Assembly: GCA_963662265.2 (NCBI GenBank)
Contig: CAXXHA010000011.1
Coordinates: 96,001-160,000, forward strand
Source: Spirochaetia bacterium
Lineage (GTDB): Bacteria; Spirochaetota; Spirochaetia; CADAEX01
Reading direction: 5' to 3'
Length of the DNA: 64,000 nt
In this document: positions 10,344-20,099 of the stretch, in pieces
How the letters are laid out: each line of letters begins with the position of its first letter
Position numbering within the stretch: the stretch's first letter is position 1
Notes under the pieces: generated by a model
Database searches by the model: none
What the model was told of the DNA's origin: nothing
What the model saw: the letters and a program-made list of their open reading frames with translations, nothing else
Position numbers and translations under genes: made by a program

Positions 10344-12056
10344 ATGTCCGTCATTACTCTTAAAAGTAAAAAGGCTGATTCGTTTGGAAATCTTGTTAAA
10401 GATCCTGCACTGCTTCTCAGTGTGATTGTAATCTGGATTTTTCTTGCTGTATTTGTTCTGCTACCGATTTTCAGGATTTTATTTCTTGCTTTTTATGAAG
10501 GCGGGCATTTTAACTTCTCCGGGTTCTCAGAAGTTATACTGAAAAAATATACAATGATTGCCGGCTGGAACAGCATCCTTCTTGGATCTCTTGTCGGCAT
10601 ATCTGGGACTGCCCTGGGTTTCTTTTTTGCTTTTACATCAGTAAGAGCAAATCTCCCGAAATGGTGGTCTCGACTTCTTGACTGGGCAATTATTCTTCCT
10701 CTGATATCTCCCCCGTTTACAATGGCGATTACAGTAATATTCTCGTTCGGCCCCAAAGGTCTTATTACACATTCTCTTCTGGGTATGGAGAATTTTAATG
10801 TATACGGCATGTGGAGTACTTTGTTTGCTGAAACAATTACTTATTTCCCAATTTCCTATATTACTTTAAAAGGGATACTGGGAGGGATTGATCCTACTGT
10901 AGAAGACATGGCTTTCAGCCTTGGAAGTTCCAGATTTGAAGTATTCAGAAAGGTTACACTGCCTTTATCAACATCAGGACTTGCCAATTCTTTCCTGTTG
11001 CTTTTTGCTGCCTCCCTGGCTGATTTTGCTACTCCATTAATACTGGCGGGTAACAGTTTTCCTCTTCTGCCTACAGAGGCATTTCTTCAGATTACCGGAC
11101 TTTTTGATATAAAGGGTGGCGCTATCCTGTCGTTTGTTCTTCTTATCCCGTCACTTGCTGTATTTTTTCTTCAGCGTTACTGGGTAGGCAGAAGAAACTT
11201 TGTTACAATAACAGGGAAATCCGGGTCGCAGACCAAATTCAAGAGCGTTGGAAATAAAACACGTTACGTATTTCTTTTTATATGTCTGTTAACTGTAATT
11301 TTTATTTTTTATTTTTATGCTTTGCTTCTGTATGCATCTCTTATCAAGGCATTCGGGGCGGATAATTCTTTTACACTGTCTCATTATGCTCATATTTTTA
11401 CACGCGGCGGTAAAGTTATTAAAGATACTCTGATTATCGCTGTTAGCGGAATGCTTTTAGGCGGTCTTTACGGAGTTGTAGTTGGCTATATAACTGCAAA
11501 GAAAAAATATTTTTCCCGAAAGTTTATGGAAGTTGTTTCCATGCTGAATTATGCGTTGCCTGGCACAATTGTCGGTATAGCGTATCTTATAACATTCAAT
11601 GAAAAACCGTTCCTTCTGACAGGAACAGCATTAATTATAATTATCTGCAATGTCGCTAAATATGGCGCTTATGGGATCAGAACTACTGTTGCAATTCTTC
11701 AGCAGATACATCCAGGAATTGAAGAGGCATCATCCAGTTTAGGCGCTTCTTCAGTACATACATTCAAGAGGATTACAATTCCTCTGGTTCTTCCAGGATT
11801 ATTTTCTGGTCTCGGGATTGTATTTATCAGGTCCATGACAGCAATCAGCGCCGCTATTTTCCTGGTATCATTAAACTGGAGTCTGATAACAGTCAGTATT
11901 CTTGAAAATATGACAGAACTTCATCTCGGTGTTTCTGCCGCATTTTCTGTATTTGTTGTTATTGTAGTATTTATTGTTACATCATGCATCAGCTTCGGTC
12001 TGAAGTCATTAAGACAGCCCGGAGCAATGAGAATGACATCTTTATTCGGAGCATAA
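10344..12056 (+). CDS. ABC transporter permease, FbpB/AfuB type (two BPD_transp_1 domains)
   Basis: Multi-pass membrane protein with two EAA loops (EDMAFSLG, EEASSSLGAS). Confidence 0.9.
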   Translation: MSVITLKSKKADSFGNLVKDPALLLSVIVIWIFLAVFVLLPIFRILFLAFYEGGHFNFSGFSEVILKKYTMIAGWNSILLGSLVGISGTALGFFFAFTSVRANLPKWWSRLLDWAIILPLISPPFTMAITVIFSFGPKGLITHSLLGMENFNVYGMWSTLFAETITYFPISYITLKGILGGIDPTVEDMAFSLGSSRFEVFRKVTLPLSTSGLANSFLLLFAASLADFATPLILAGNSFPLLPTEAFLQITGLFDIKGGAILSFVLLIPSLAVFFLQRYWVGRRNFVTITGKSGSQTKFKSVGNKTRYVFLFICLLTVIFIFYFYALLLYASLIKAFGADNSFTLSHYAHIFTRGGKVIKDTLIIAVSGMLLGGLYGVVVGYITAKKKYFSRKFMEVVSMLNYALPGTIVGIAYLITFNEKPFLLTGTALIIIICNVAKYGAYGIRTTVAILQQIHPGIEEASSSLGASSVHTFKRITIPLVLPGLFSGLGIVFIRSMTAISAAIFLVSLNWSLITVSILENMTELHLGVSAAFSVFVVIVVFIVTSCISFGLKSLRQPGAMRMTSLFGA

Positions 12057-12066
12057 GGAGAATTAT

Positions 12067-13152
12067 ATGAAGTCTGTAAATATAAAACTGGAAAATCTTG
12101 TGAAGACTTATATGCATCAGCTTAAGGGAGAAATTAATGCGGTGAACGGAGTAAGTCTTACTGTTGAACCGGGAGAGTTGTTAACACTTCTGGGACCGTC
12201 AGGGTGCGGGAAGACTACTACAATGAGGATGCTTGCCGGATTTGAAGAACCTGATAACGGAAGAGTTATTATCGGATCGGAAGATGTAACCGATAAAATG
12301 GCAAACCAGAGAGATATAGGATTTGTATTTCAGAATTATGCATTGTTCCCCCACCTGTCTGTTTTTGAAAATGTTGCATATGGTCTTAAAATCAGAAATT
12401 ACGAGAAAAAAGAAATCAGTAAACTGGTGAAAGAAGCCCTTACTCTTGTAAAACTGGATGGCTATGAGGAGCAGTTCCCGCATCAGATGTCAGGAGGGGA
12501 ACAGCAGAGGGTTGCTCTTGCAAGAGCAGTTGTTATTAAGCCGAAAGTACTTCTTTTAGATGAACCTCTTTCAAATCTTGATGCAAAACTCAGAATATCA
12601 ACCAGAAGTGAAATCAGGCGGTTACAGAAATCATTATCCATTAGCACCCTTTATGTTACACATGATCAGGAAGAGGCAATGGCAATCTCAGACAGGATTA
12701 TTGTCATGAACCATGGTGATATTATCCAGATTGGAACAGCTGAAGAACTTTACTTTAATCCTGAAACAGAATTTGTTGCAAAGTTTATAGGTGTTATCAA
12801 TACAATCCCGTCTGAAGTTCTCAGTGTCAATGAAGATTCAGCAGAAGTAAATATTGAAAATATCAAGTTTAAAGTTTCCAATGTTTTAAGGAAAATATCA
12901 GCGGGGGAAAATGTTGATGTTCTTATACGGCCTGAAGCTGTTACACTTGAAGAGGTTAATGATAAGACAATACTAACAGGCGTTGTTATTGCCAGATCCT
13001 TTCTCGGTGACCGGGTGGATTATACTGTTGAAACAAAAAGTTTTACCCTTAAAGTGTCCCTGTATGATCTATACGGACAAACAGCTTTTAAAGAATCACA
13101 GCAGATAGGTATAGTCCTTGATGAAAAACGTATGAAAATTCTTGAGAGGTAG
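12067..13152 (+). CDS. ABC transporter ATP-binding protein, FbpC/PotA type
   Basis: GPSGCGKTT, FQNYALFPHL, MSGGEQQR, LLDEP; C-terminal TOBE-like region. Confidence 0.93.
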   Translation: MKSVNIKLENLVKTYMHQLKGEINAVNGVSLTVEPGELLTLLGPSGCGKTTTMRMLAGFEEPDNGRVIIGSEDVTDKMANQRDIGFVFQNYALFPHLSVFENVAYGLKIRNYEKKEISKLVKEALTLVKLDGYEEQFPHQMSGGEQQRVALARAVVIKPKVLLLDEPLSNLDAKLRISTRSEIRRLQKSLSISTLYVTHDQEEAMAISDRIIVMNHGDIIQIGTAEELYFNPETEFVAKFIGVINTIPSEVLSVNEDSAEVNIENIKFKVSNVLRKISAGENVDVLIRPEAVTLEEVNDKTILTGVVIARSFLGDRVDYTVETKSFTLKVSLYDLYGQTAFKESQQIGIVLDEKRMKILER

Positions 13153-13155
13153 TAA

Positions 13156-13644
13156 ATGAAAAAAACAGTTATTCTTAGTTTAGTTATTTTTATATTTCTG
13201 GGAGCATCACTGTATTCACAGGAAAATAAGTATTACGGAGCAGATTATATCTATGAAAAGGATGGAGTTGCTGTTTTCTGGGCAGTTCTGAAAGGAGCTG
13301 AAATTAAATCAAACACTGTATATATTAATATGGTCCCTCTTGAACCGAATAATCTGTCTTACCGAAAATACAGCGTAATTGAATCAAATGTCTTTTCCGG
13401 AGAAGAGAAGATACTTGTTAAATATAAAAAAATTAAAGATGAAAATATTCTCAAGAAAGCATATGGTGATTTTTTAACAATGTCTGAAACAAATTTCCTT
13501 TTTTACAGGTCAGGTGATTCAAAGAAAAATCCTCATATGAGTATTTATTATAAAGGGGTACCTGATGCTGCTCCTGAGTTTAAGGATGAGAAACAGATAT
13601 ATGATTTTTTCAAGCATTCGCTGGATAAAATTGTAAACCAATAG
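13156..13644 (+). CDS. Hypothetical secreted protein
   Basis: Signal peptide; starts 3 bp after the ABC ATPase. Confidence 0.7.
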   Translation: MKKTVILSLVIFIFLGASLYSQENKYYGADYIYEKDGVAVFWAVLKGAEIKSNTVYINMVPLEPNNLSYRKYSVIESNVFSGEEKILVKYKKIKDENILKKAYGDFLTMSETNFLFYRSGDSKKNPHMSIYYKGVPDAAPEFKDEKQIYDFFKHSLDKIVNQ

Positions 13645-13772
13645 TGGATTATTCCTTTCTTATTCCGGGGATTTTCCTGTCACTGGGAATATAACTTAAA
13701 TTCTCATAATAGTCATATATTATAAACCTTCATCTCTCTAAGTATGAGCTACCCATGAATTAATACTATTAG

Positions 13773-14669
13773 CTATGTTTTTATAGTTTCCTTATTAAGA
13801 TGCTCTGCTTTATCAAGGATAAACACTCCAGACAGTGTAAGCACGGTACCTGTAATACTGGAAACACTTACAGCTTCATTAAGGACAATAAACCCCAATA
13901 GTGTTGCAACTGCCGGAGCGACAAACAGCCATGCTGATGCAAAAACAGGTCCTGCTTCACGGACCAATACAAGTGTTGCTGTATGTCCTATGATTGAACC
14001 GCCTATAACAAGATATAACAAAGGAAATATTGCTTCAGAAGTGAATGAAACAGTTTCAAAAGCAAGTGCAATAATCATGAGAATTAGTCCGCCTGTTAAT
14101 GACTGTAAAGCGCTGATTAATACTGTATCATCCTCCCTGGAAAAAAGCAGCGGATAAATTGCATTACCGGCTGCATATAATATAACACTGCCAGCAGCTA
14201 TTGCGAAATAAAGGGGCTTAGCCTCAATTGCCGGGGATGCTATTAAAAAAGATCCAGCCATTCCCAGTATAAATGCAATAAAATGATAAATAGAAAGTTT
14301 TTTACCTAAAAACAGGGATGCAAATAATGCAGTTATAAGCGGCCCTGTTGAATCAAGCCTTGCCATGAATCCTGAATCTACACTTGTCTGAGCAATAAAC
14401 ATGCACCCGAATGTCCCGACAGTCATGAAGAGGGAAAGAATTAAGGATCTGAATAATAATGATTTTATTTCATCTAAATTTATTCTCCTGAATATCCTGA
14501 GTAGAATAAGCATTATCATGCCTGCTGCAGTAAACCTGATAGCTGCATAAAAAAGAGGTGAAGCACCGGCCTGCAGGCCAAGGCTTATTGCCAGAAAAGT
14601 GCTGCCGAATATCAGGCAGACCAGGATGAAAAGACTGTATATTTTGTTTTTCTGCATTGGATCCTCCAT
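13773..14669 (-). CDS. EamA/DMT family transporter
   Basis: About 10 TM helices; IFGSTF and AAIRF motifs; two EamA repeats. Confidence 0.88.
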   Translation of the reverse strand: MEDPMQKNKIYSLFILVCLIFGSTFLAISLGLQAGASPLFYAAIRFTAAGMIMLILLRIFRRINLDEIKSLLFRSLILSLFMTVGTFGCMFIAQTSVDSGFMARLDSTGPLITALFASLFLGKKLSIYHFIAFILGMAGSFLIASPAIEAKPLYFAIAAGSVILYAAGNAIYPLLFSREDDTVLISALQSLTGGLILMIIALAFETVSFTSEAIFPLLYLVIGGSIIGHTATLVLVREAGPVFASAWLFVAPAVATLLGFIVLNEAVSVSSITGTVLTLSGVFILDKAEHLNKETIKT

Positions 14670-14695
14670 GTCATAAGAAATCTATCATTTGTAAA

Positions 14696-14750
14696 TACAC
14701 AGGTACAGATACAGATTGAAATATTATTATGGGTACAGTAGAATCTGTCC
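14696..14750 (+). promoter_or_regulatory. Promoter of the mocR-type gene with MocR-like direct repeats
   Basis: TTGAAA (14716-21), 17 bp, TAGAAT (14739-44), then ATG 6 nt later; GGTACAG direct repeats at 14702 and 14732. Confidence 0.6.
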
Positions 14751-16157
14751 ATGAAAAAGTATGAGTATCTATACAGAAGAATCAAAAGGGATATTGAATC
14801 AGGCATTATACGTGAAGGGGAAAGACTTCTTTCAATCAGGGAAGAAGCCCTTTCATCCGGCCTTTCAGTAAATACAGTATTAACTGCTTATAATATGCTT
14901 GCTGATGAAGGGGTAATCAGACCCCGTGACAGAGGCGGATACTATGTCTGTTCAGGAGTTCTCAGGCTGACCGGGGAGGGAACCGGAAAACATTTTTCTC
15001 CACATGAAAGTTTTATTTCAACAAGCAGGGAAACTGGTGAACATCTAGATCAGCTGTATGAAAGGCTTTTACACATAGATTCCAGTTTTGCAAGCGCTGC
15101 TCCAGGTCTTGATATTCTTCCTTCCCTTCATTTAAACAATGGCCTTTCCCGGCACAGCAGGACCTGGTTGAATTACGGGAATCCGGAAGGCAGTTATATA
15201 TTAAGAAAACGGATTGCACTGATTAACCAGGAGACAGATGGAATAACACAGCCTGATGATATAGTTATAACAAACGGGGCGACCGAGGCTATGTCAATTG
15301 TAATTCAGACACTTCTGAGTCCGGGTGATAAAGTAGCTTTGGAATCTCCGACATATTTCAATTATTTCAGACAGTTGTCTGATTATGGAATAGATATCAT
15401 AGAAATTCCTGTCAAGAAAAACGGAATTGATCTCAATATTCTGGAAGACGAGCTGAAAAATAATGAAATAAAAATGATTATCACTCAGCCTAATGTGCAG
15501 AATCCGACAGGAATTGTAATGAATGATATCGACAAGGAGAGACTCGTAAATCTTGCTGAATATCATGGTTCTATTCTTGTTCAGGATGATGTTTTCGGTG
15601 ATCTTTCTTTTACCGGGATTCGCCCGGGGAATCTGAGTTCCTTTTCTGATTATCCCGGAATAATACTTGTATCCTCATATTCAAAGTCTGTTGCTCCGGG
15701 GCTCAGGATTGGTTGGATAAGATCTCCACGTTATGCCGGGAAGTTCACAGAGACAAAACTCCGGATATCAATGGATACATCCGGTTTGCCACAGGCAATA
15801 CTCTCAAGTTTCCTTGGAACAAAGGAACACCGGCGCAATAAACTGAAAATGAGGAATGCCCTGAAGAGCCGTATAGATGATCATCTGAGCCTGTTATCTG
15901 ATTTTCTTCCGGAAGGAAGTCATATTAACCGGCCGCAAGGGGGCTGCCTTTTATGGATTTCACTGCCTGAGGATATTGATGGCATAAAGCTTTTTGAAGC
16001 AACTGCAGAAAAAGGGCTGATCATAACTCCAGGGGCGATTTTTTCTTCAAGCAGTTTTTTCAATAATTATATCAGGATAAACACCGGTTTCAAATTAACG
16101 GGTAAGAGAGCAGATGCTCTATCAATATTGAAAGACTGCCGGAAACTGTTAAAATAG
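14751..16157 (+). CDS. MocR/GabR family regulator (GntR HTH plus PLP aminotransferase domain)
   Basis: N-terminal wHTH (LLSIRE...SVNTV..AY), ITNGATEA, QNPTG, SYSKSVAPGLRIGW. Confidence 0.92.
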   Translation: MKKYEYLYRRIKRDIESGIIREGERLLSIREEALSSGLSVNTVLTAYNMLADEGVIRPRDRGGYYVCSGVLRLTGEGTGKHFSPHESFISTSRETGEHLDQLYERLLHIDSSFASAAPGLDILPSLHLNNGLSRHSRTWLNYGNPEGSYILRKRIALINQETDGITQPDDIVITNGATEAMSIVIQTLLSPGDKVALESPTYFNYFRQLSDYGIDIIEIPVKKNGIDLNILEDELKNNEIKMIITQPNVQNPTGIVMNDIDKERLVNLAEYHGSILVQDDVFGDLSFTGIRPGNLSSFSDYPGIILVSSYSKSVAPGLRIGWIRSPRYAGKFTETKLRISMDTSGLPQAILSSFLGTKEHRRNKLKMRNALKSRIDDHLSLLSDFLPEGSHINRPQGGCLLWISLPEDIDGIKLFEATAEKGLIITPGAIFSSSSFFNNYIRINTGFKLTGKRADALSILKDCRKLLK

Positions 16158-16335
16158 CAATTTATGACAAGTTTAATAGTTCTGAAATTGATTTGTATAA
16201 CTTCAAATATCTTTTTTTAAAAAGCTTATGAATATTTTTTACTCTTTTCTACATTGAAATTCAGTTTGAAAGAGGTTTGGTATAATTTAAAAATAGTACG
16301 TTATAAAATATAGAAAAATTATCTGATCTGTTTTG

Positions 16336-16737
16336 TTACTCCGGAAATTTGTCGAATTTGGGAGCTTTTTCCAGTTCATTATCCCATTTCGCCTTGTATT
16401 TATAAAATAAATGACCGCTCGGTTTCATGAATATTTTACTGTCCAGGGAACCTGCAGGTACAACAAGAAGTTTTCCCTCCATCTGAAGGTTCGGAAGTGC
16501 AGAGCCGCATTTTGGACAGAAACTTTTCTGGTGTTCTGTAGATTCATACTTGAAAGTTTTCACTTCCTGTTCTCCGGATAACCAGTTTAATTTTGCTGTT
16601 GAAGAGAACATATTAGCCGCATGAGCTGAGCCTGTATCTTTTCTGCACAGTTTACAGTGACAGAGATAAAAATCGTCAAAATCACCTTCAATTTCAAATG
16701 TAATTTTTCCGCAAAGGCATGAACCTGTATGTTTCAT
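16336..16737 (-). CDS. GFA/CENP-V family zinc-binding protein
   Basis: GSCLCG, CHCKLCRK, FCPKCGS. Confidence 0.88.
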   Translation of the reverse strand: MKHTGSCLCGKITFEIEGDFDDFYLCHCKLCRKDTGSAHAANMFSSTAKLNWLSGEQEVKTFKYESTEHQKSFCPKCGSALPNLQMEGKLLVVPAGSLDSKIFMKPSGHLFYKYKAKWDNELEKAPKFDKFPE

Positions 16738-16797
16738 TAAAGATTTCCCCCTGTACTGTTATAATAAAAGATTTCATCAGCCTCTTCCGTCTCTGTA

Positions 16798-18444
16798 TCA
16801 CTTCCCGTAACCGGCTCTCTCAAGCGCAATCTCCGCAGCCTTCCGTTCGTTCCAGGCAATCTTGCCGTCCGCATATATTATCGAAGACTCGTGTCCCTTT
16901 CCCAGGAGTAATATAGTGTCTCCTTCCTCTGCAATTTCAACTGCCTTGTTTATAGCTTCCTGCCTGTCAAGTATCAGGTATAAGTTTTCCTTATTGAAAC
17001 TGCTGTCTATTCCTGCCTTTATATCTTCAAGAATAACTACCGCATCCTCACCGCGGGGATCCTCATCCGCAAGAATTACTACATCGGAATACTCTGCTGC
17101 AATTTTACCCTGAATAGGTCTTTTTTCCGTATCCCTTTCCCCTGCGGAACCGAAAACAGTTATCAGCCGGTTCTTTACTGTCTGTTTTATCAGTGGGAAT
17201 ATTTTCCTGTAAGCACCTGGAGTGTGGGCATAATCCACGATAACGGAAAATGGCTGTCCCATATCTATCGTATCCATCCTTCCTGTCACAGGTGTAACAG
17301 AGTCTACAAGAGATGCAAAGTCAGAAATATCCCTTCCGGTGGAAAGAGATGCCGCAAGGACAGATGCGAGTATGTTGTCTATATTGAAGATTCCCGGAAT
17401 ATTCATTGTTGCAGGGTAGTTTTTACCCCTGTAGTTTATATCGAACCTGGTTGTGATTCCGTCTGATTCTATATTGAGGGCAGATAAAATATTTGAGATT
17501 TTAATATCTTTTAAAGACTTTTCTGTATCTGCTGATCCGGAGCAGACTGCTGTATTATCTGATGCATCAACATGCTGGAGTTCCCCCTTTCCAAATGCAG
17601 AGTCATAACCTGGTTCGCCCGGAGCTGAATGATCCGTGTTATCAGATCCTGGAGCTGATGCACCGTAGTAGCAGTATATTTCAGATCCTGATGCTTTAAT
17701 AAATTCAGATGCGAATTTCTCGTTCCCGTTTACAATGCAGAAGTCAGTTGCTTTTCTGAAGAGGTTTGCCTTGTCGTTTACATAGTTTTCAATAGTACCG
17801 TGAAACTCAAGATGCTCATGAGAGATGTTGGTGAGTACTCCTGAGTTGTATTTTACATCCCTGAGCCTTGCTGTCTTTTCACTCAAGCCGTGGGAAGTTG
17901 ATTCAACAACAGCATATTTAAAATCATTATCTGCCATACGGGAGAGAATTTTCATTATCTCCGGGGATTCCGGCGTTGACTGCCTGTAGGTATTTTTCTC
18001 TATTGTGCCGGAGCAGTCATACTCGACTGTAGATATGAATCCTGCCCTGTATCCCGCATTCCTCAGAAGCTGGTATATGAAGGATACTGAAGAACTCTTC
18101 CCGTCTGTTCCTGTAACACCTATTATGTTCAGTTTCTGCGACGGAAAATCATAGTATGCTGAAGAGAATACAGACATTGCAGTCCTGGTATTGTCTGTAA
18201 GAATATAAGTGAGCCCTTCAATATATTCATCCGGCTCTTTTTCAATAAATACAGCAGAAGCTCCAAGGGAGTGGGCATTTTTTATAAACCTGTGACCATC
18301 TGTATGGATCCCTGTAATTGCGAAAAATGCATATCCTTTTTCAACACTTCTTGAGTCGTATGCAATTCCTGTAATATCTTTCTCTGTACTGCCTTTAATA
18401 CTTATTATGTTGCAGTATTTTATTAAACCTGATAACCTTTTCAT
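16798..18444 (-). CDS. murE: UDP-N-acetylmuramoyl-L-alanyl-D-glutamate--diamino acid ligase
   Basis: GVTGTDGKSS, STPES, EHLEFHG, VDYAHTP, EDPRGED, GKGHE. Confidence 0.93.
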   Translation of the reverse strand: MKRLSGLIKYCNIISIKGSTEKDITGIAYDSRSVEKGYAFFAITGIHTDGHRFIKNAHSLGASAVFIEKEPDEYIEGLTYILTDNTRTAMSVFSSAYYDFPSQKLNIIGVTGTDGKSSSVSFIYQLLRNAGYRAGFISTVEYDCSGTIEKNTYRQSTPESPEIMKILSRMADNDFKYAVVESTSHGLSEKTARLRDVKYNSGVLTNISHEHLEFHGTIENYVNDKANLFRKATDFCIVNGNEKFASEFIKASGSEIYCYYGASAPGSDNTDHSAPGEPGYDSAFGKGELQHVDASDNTAVCSGSADTEKSLKDIKISNILSALNIESDGITTRFDINYRGKNYPATMNIPGIFNIDNILASVLAASLSTGRDISDFASLVDSVTPVTGRMDTIDMGQPFSVIVDYAHTPGAYRKIFPLIKQTVKNRLITVFGSAGERDTEKRPIQGKIAAEYSDVVILADEDPRGEDAVVILEDIKAGIDSSFNKENLYLILDRQEAINKAVEIAEEGDTILLLGKGHESSIIYADGKIAWNERKAAEIALERAGYGK

Positions 18445-18500
18445 ATCGAAGGAATATTAGCAGTAAACTTCTGCTCCTTCAAGTATCGGAGGATTTTTAA

Positions 18501-18875
18501 ATGTTCACAGTCAGGATTGAAGACAGCTTTGCGGCAGCTCATTATATAAAAAACTATCACGGTAAATGCGAAAATCTTCACGGTCACAACTACAAGGTAA
18601 GGGTCTATGTGAAAGGGGAGGATCTTGATAAGGGTGGAATGCTGCTTGATTTTTCCATACTCAAGAAAGCGCTTAAAGAGATTTTCAAAGACCTTGATCA
18701 TAAAAATCTCAATGAAATTGAGCTTTTTAAAAAATATGATCCTTCTGCAGAGCTTATTGCAAAATATATTTTTGACAGGCTTATCCCTCTCCTCCCTGAA
18801 GAGGGAACAAGGTACAGTCTTACAAAAGTTGAAATATTCGAGACAGAAAAAAACATGGCAGTTTACGAGGCATAG
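18501..18875 (+). CDS. queD: 6-carboxy-5,6,7,8-tetrahydropterin synthase
   Basis: FAAAH, CENLHGHNY, LDHKNLN, SAELIA, ETE motifs. Confidence 0.9.
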   Translation: MFTVRIEDSFAAAHYIKNYHGKCENLHGHNYKVRVYVKGEDLDKGGMLLDFSILKKALKEIFKDLDHKNLNEIELFKKYDPSAELIAKYIFDRLIPLLPEEGTRYSLTKVEIFETEKNMAVYEA

Positions 18876-18878
18876 CTG

Positions 18879-20021
18879 ATGGATTCAGGTGCCCCTATTG
18901 AAAGCTTGATGAATTCTGCCGTGCGAGAGAATGAGGATTTTCTCAACAGCCAGATTATTACATATATCGGAAACAAGAGAAGTCTTCTGGATTTCATCGG
19001 CAGGGGGATAGACAGAGTAAGAAAGTCTCTGGGAAAGGACAGGCTTGATATTTTCGATGTATTTTCAGGATCCGGGATTGTATCAAGGTTTCTGAAGCAG
19101 TATTCAGACAGGCTTGTTGTTAATGATCTTGAAAAATACTCGGAAATTATAAGCAGCTGTTATCTTGCAAACAGGTCGGAAATTGATCTTCCGCTTTTAA
19201 AGGAATACCACAGGGATATAATCCATAAACTTGAAAACAATCCTCTTAAAAAAGGATTTATCACGGAGCTCTATTCACCTGAAAATGACAGTGAAATAAA
19301 AAAAGGGGAACGGGTTTTCTATAAGGGACGGAATGCAAGGTATATAGATACCGCCCGGCAGCTTATAGAAAAACTGCCGATTGAATACCGGCATTTTTTC
19401 CTTGCACCACTTCTTTCAGAGGCATCTGTACATGCAAATACATCGGGAGTTTTCAAGGGATTTTACAAGGATTCATCCCGGAACATAGGGAAATTCGGAG
19501 GAAACAACGGGGATGCCCTTATGAGGATTCTCGGGGATATAAATCTTCCTTTTCCTGTATTCAGCAGATTTGACTGCAACGTGGAAATTCACAGGGGAGA
19601 TTCAAATATTATTGCAGAGTGTGTTGATGAGGTTGACATAGCATACCTTGATCCTCCCTATAATCAGCATCCCTACGGATCGAATTATTTCATGCTAAAT
19701 CTTATAACAGATTATATCAGGCCTGACAGGATCAGCGAGGTCTCGGGTATTCCTGTTGACTGGAACAGGTCTTCCTTCAACAAGAGGGCAAGATCTTCTG
19801 AATCTTTCAGAGAACTTGTTTCTAATCTGAAGGCAAAATACCTTCTTATTTCATTCAATTCGGAAGGGTTTATAAGTCTTGACGAGATGAAGAATATGCT
19901 TTCAGGAATAGGTAAGGTCGAAGTGCTTGAAACAAAGTACAATACTTTCAGGGGGAGCCGGAACCTCCGAAACCGTAAGATCCATGTAAAGGAATACCTT
20001 TATCTTGTAGAGAAGTATTGA
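18879..20021 (+). CDS. N6-adenine DNA methyltransferase (D12/alpha class), orphan
   Basis: YIGNK (motif X), DVFSGSGIV (motif I), NDLE, YLDPPYN (motif IV). Confidence 0.88.
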   Translation: MDSGAPIESLMNSAVRENEDFLNSQIITYIGNKRSLLDFIGRGIDRVRKSLGKDRLDIFDVFSGSGIVSRFLKQYSDRLVVNDLEKYSEIISSCYLANRSEIDLPLLKEYHRDIIHKLENNPLKKGFITELYSPENDSEIKKGERVFYKGRNARYIDTARQLIEKLPIEYRHFFLAPLLSEASVHANTSGVFKGFYKDSSRNIGKFGGNNGDALMRILGDINLPFPVFSRFDCNVEIHRGDSNIIAECVDEVDIAYLDPPYNQHPYGSNYFMLNLITDYIRPDRISEVSGIPVDWNRSSFNKRARSSESFRELVSNLKAKYLLISFNSEGFISLDEMKNMLSGIGKVEVLETKYNTFRGSRNLRNRKIHVKEYLYLVEKY

Positions 20022-20099
20022 AAGAAGTCATGTGATATATTCACTTTAATAATAACTATTACGAAAACCAATTTAATTTTATCAACAGGAGTCTTTCTT

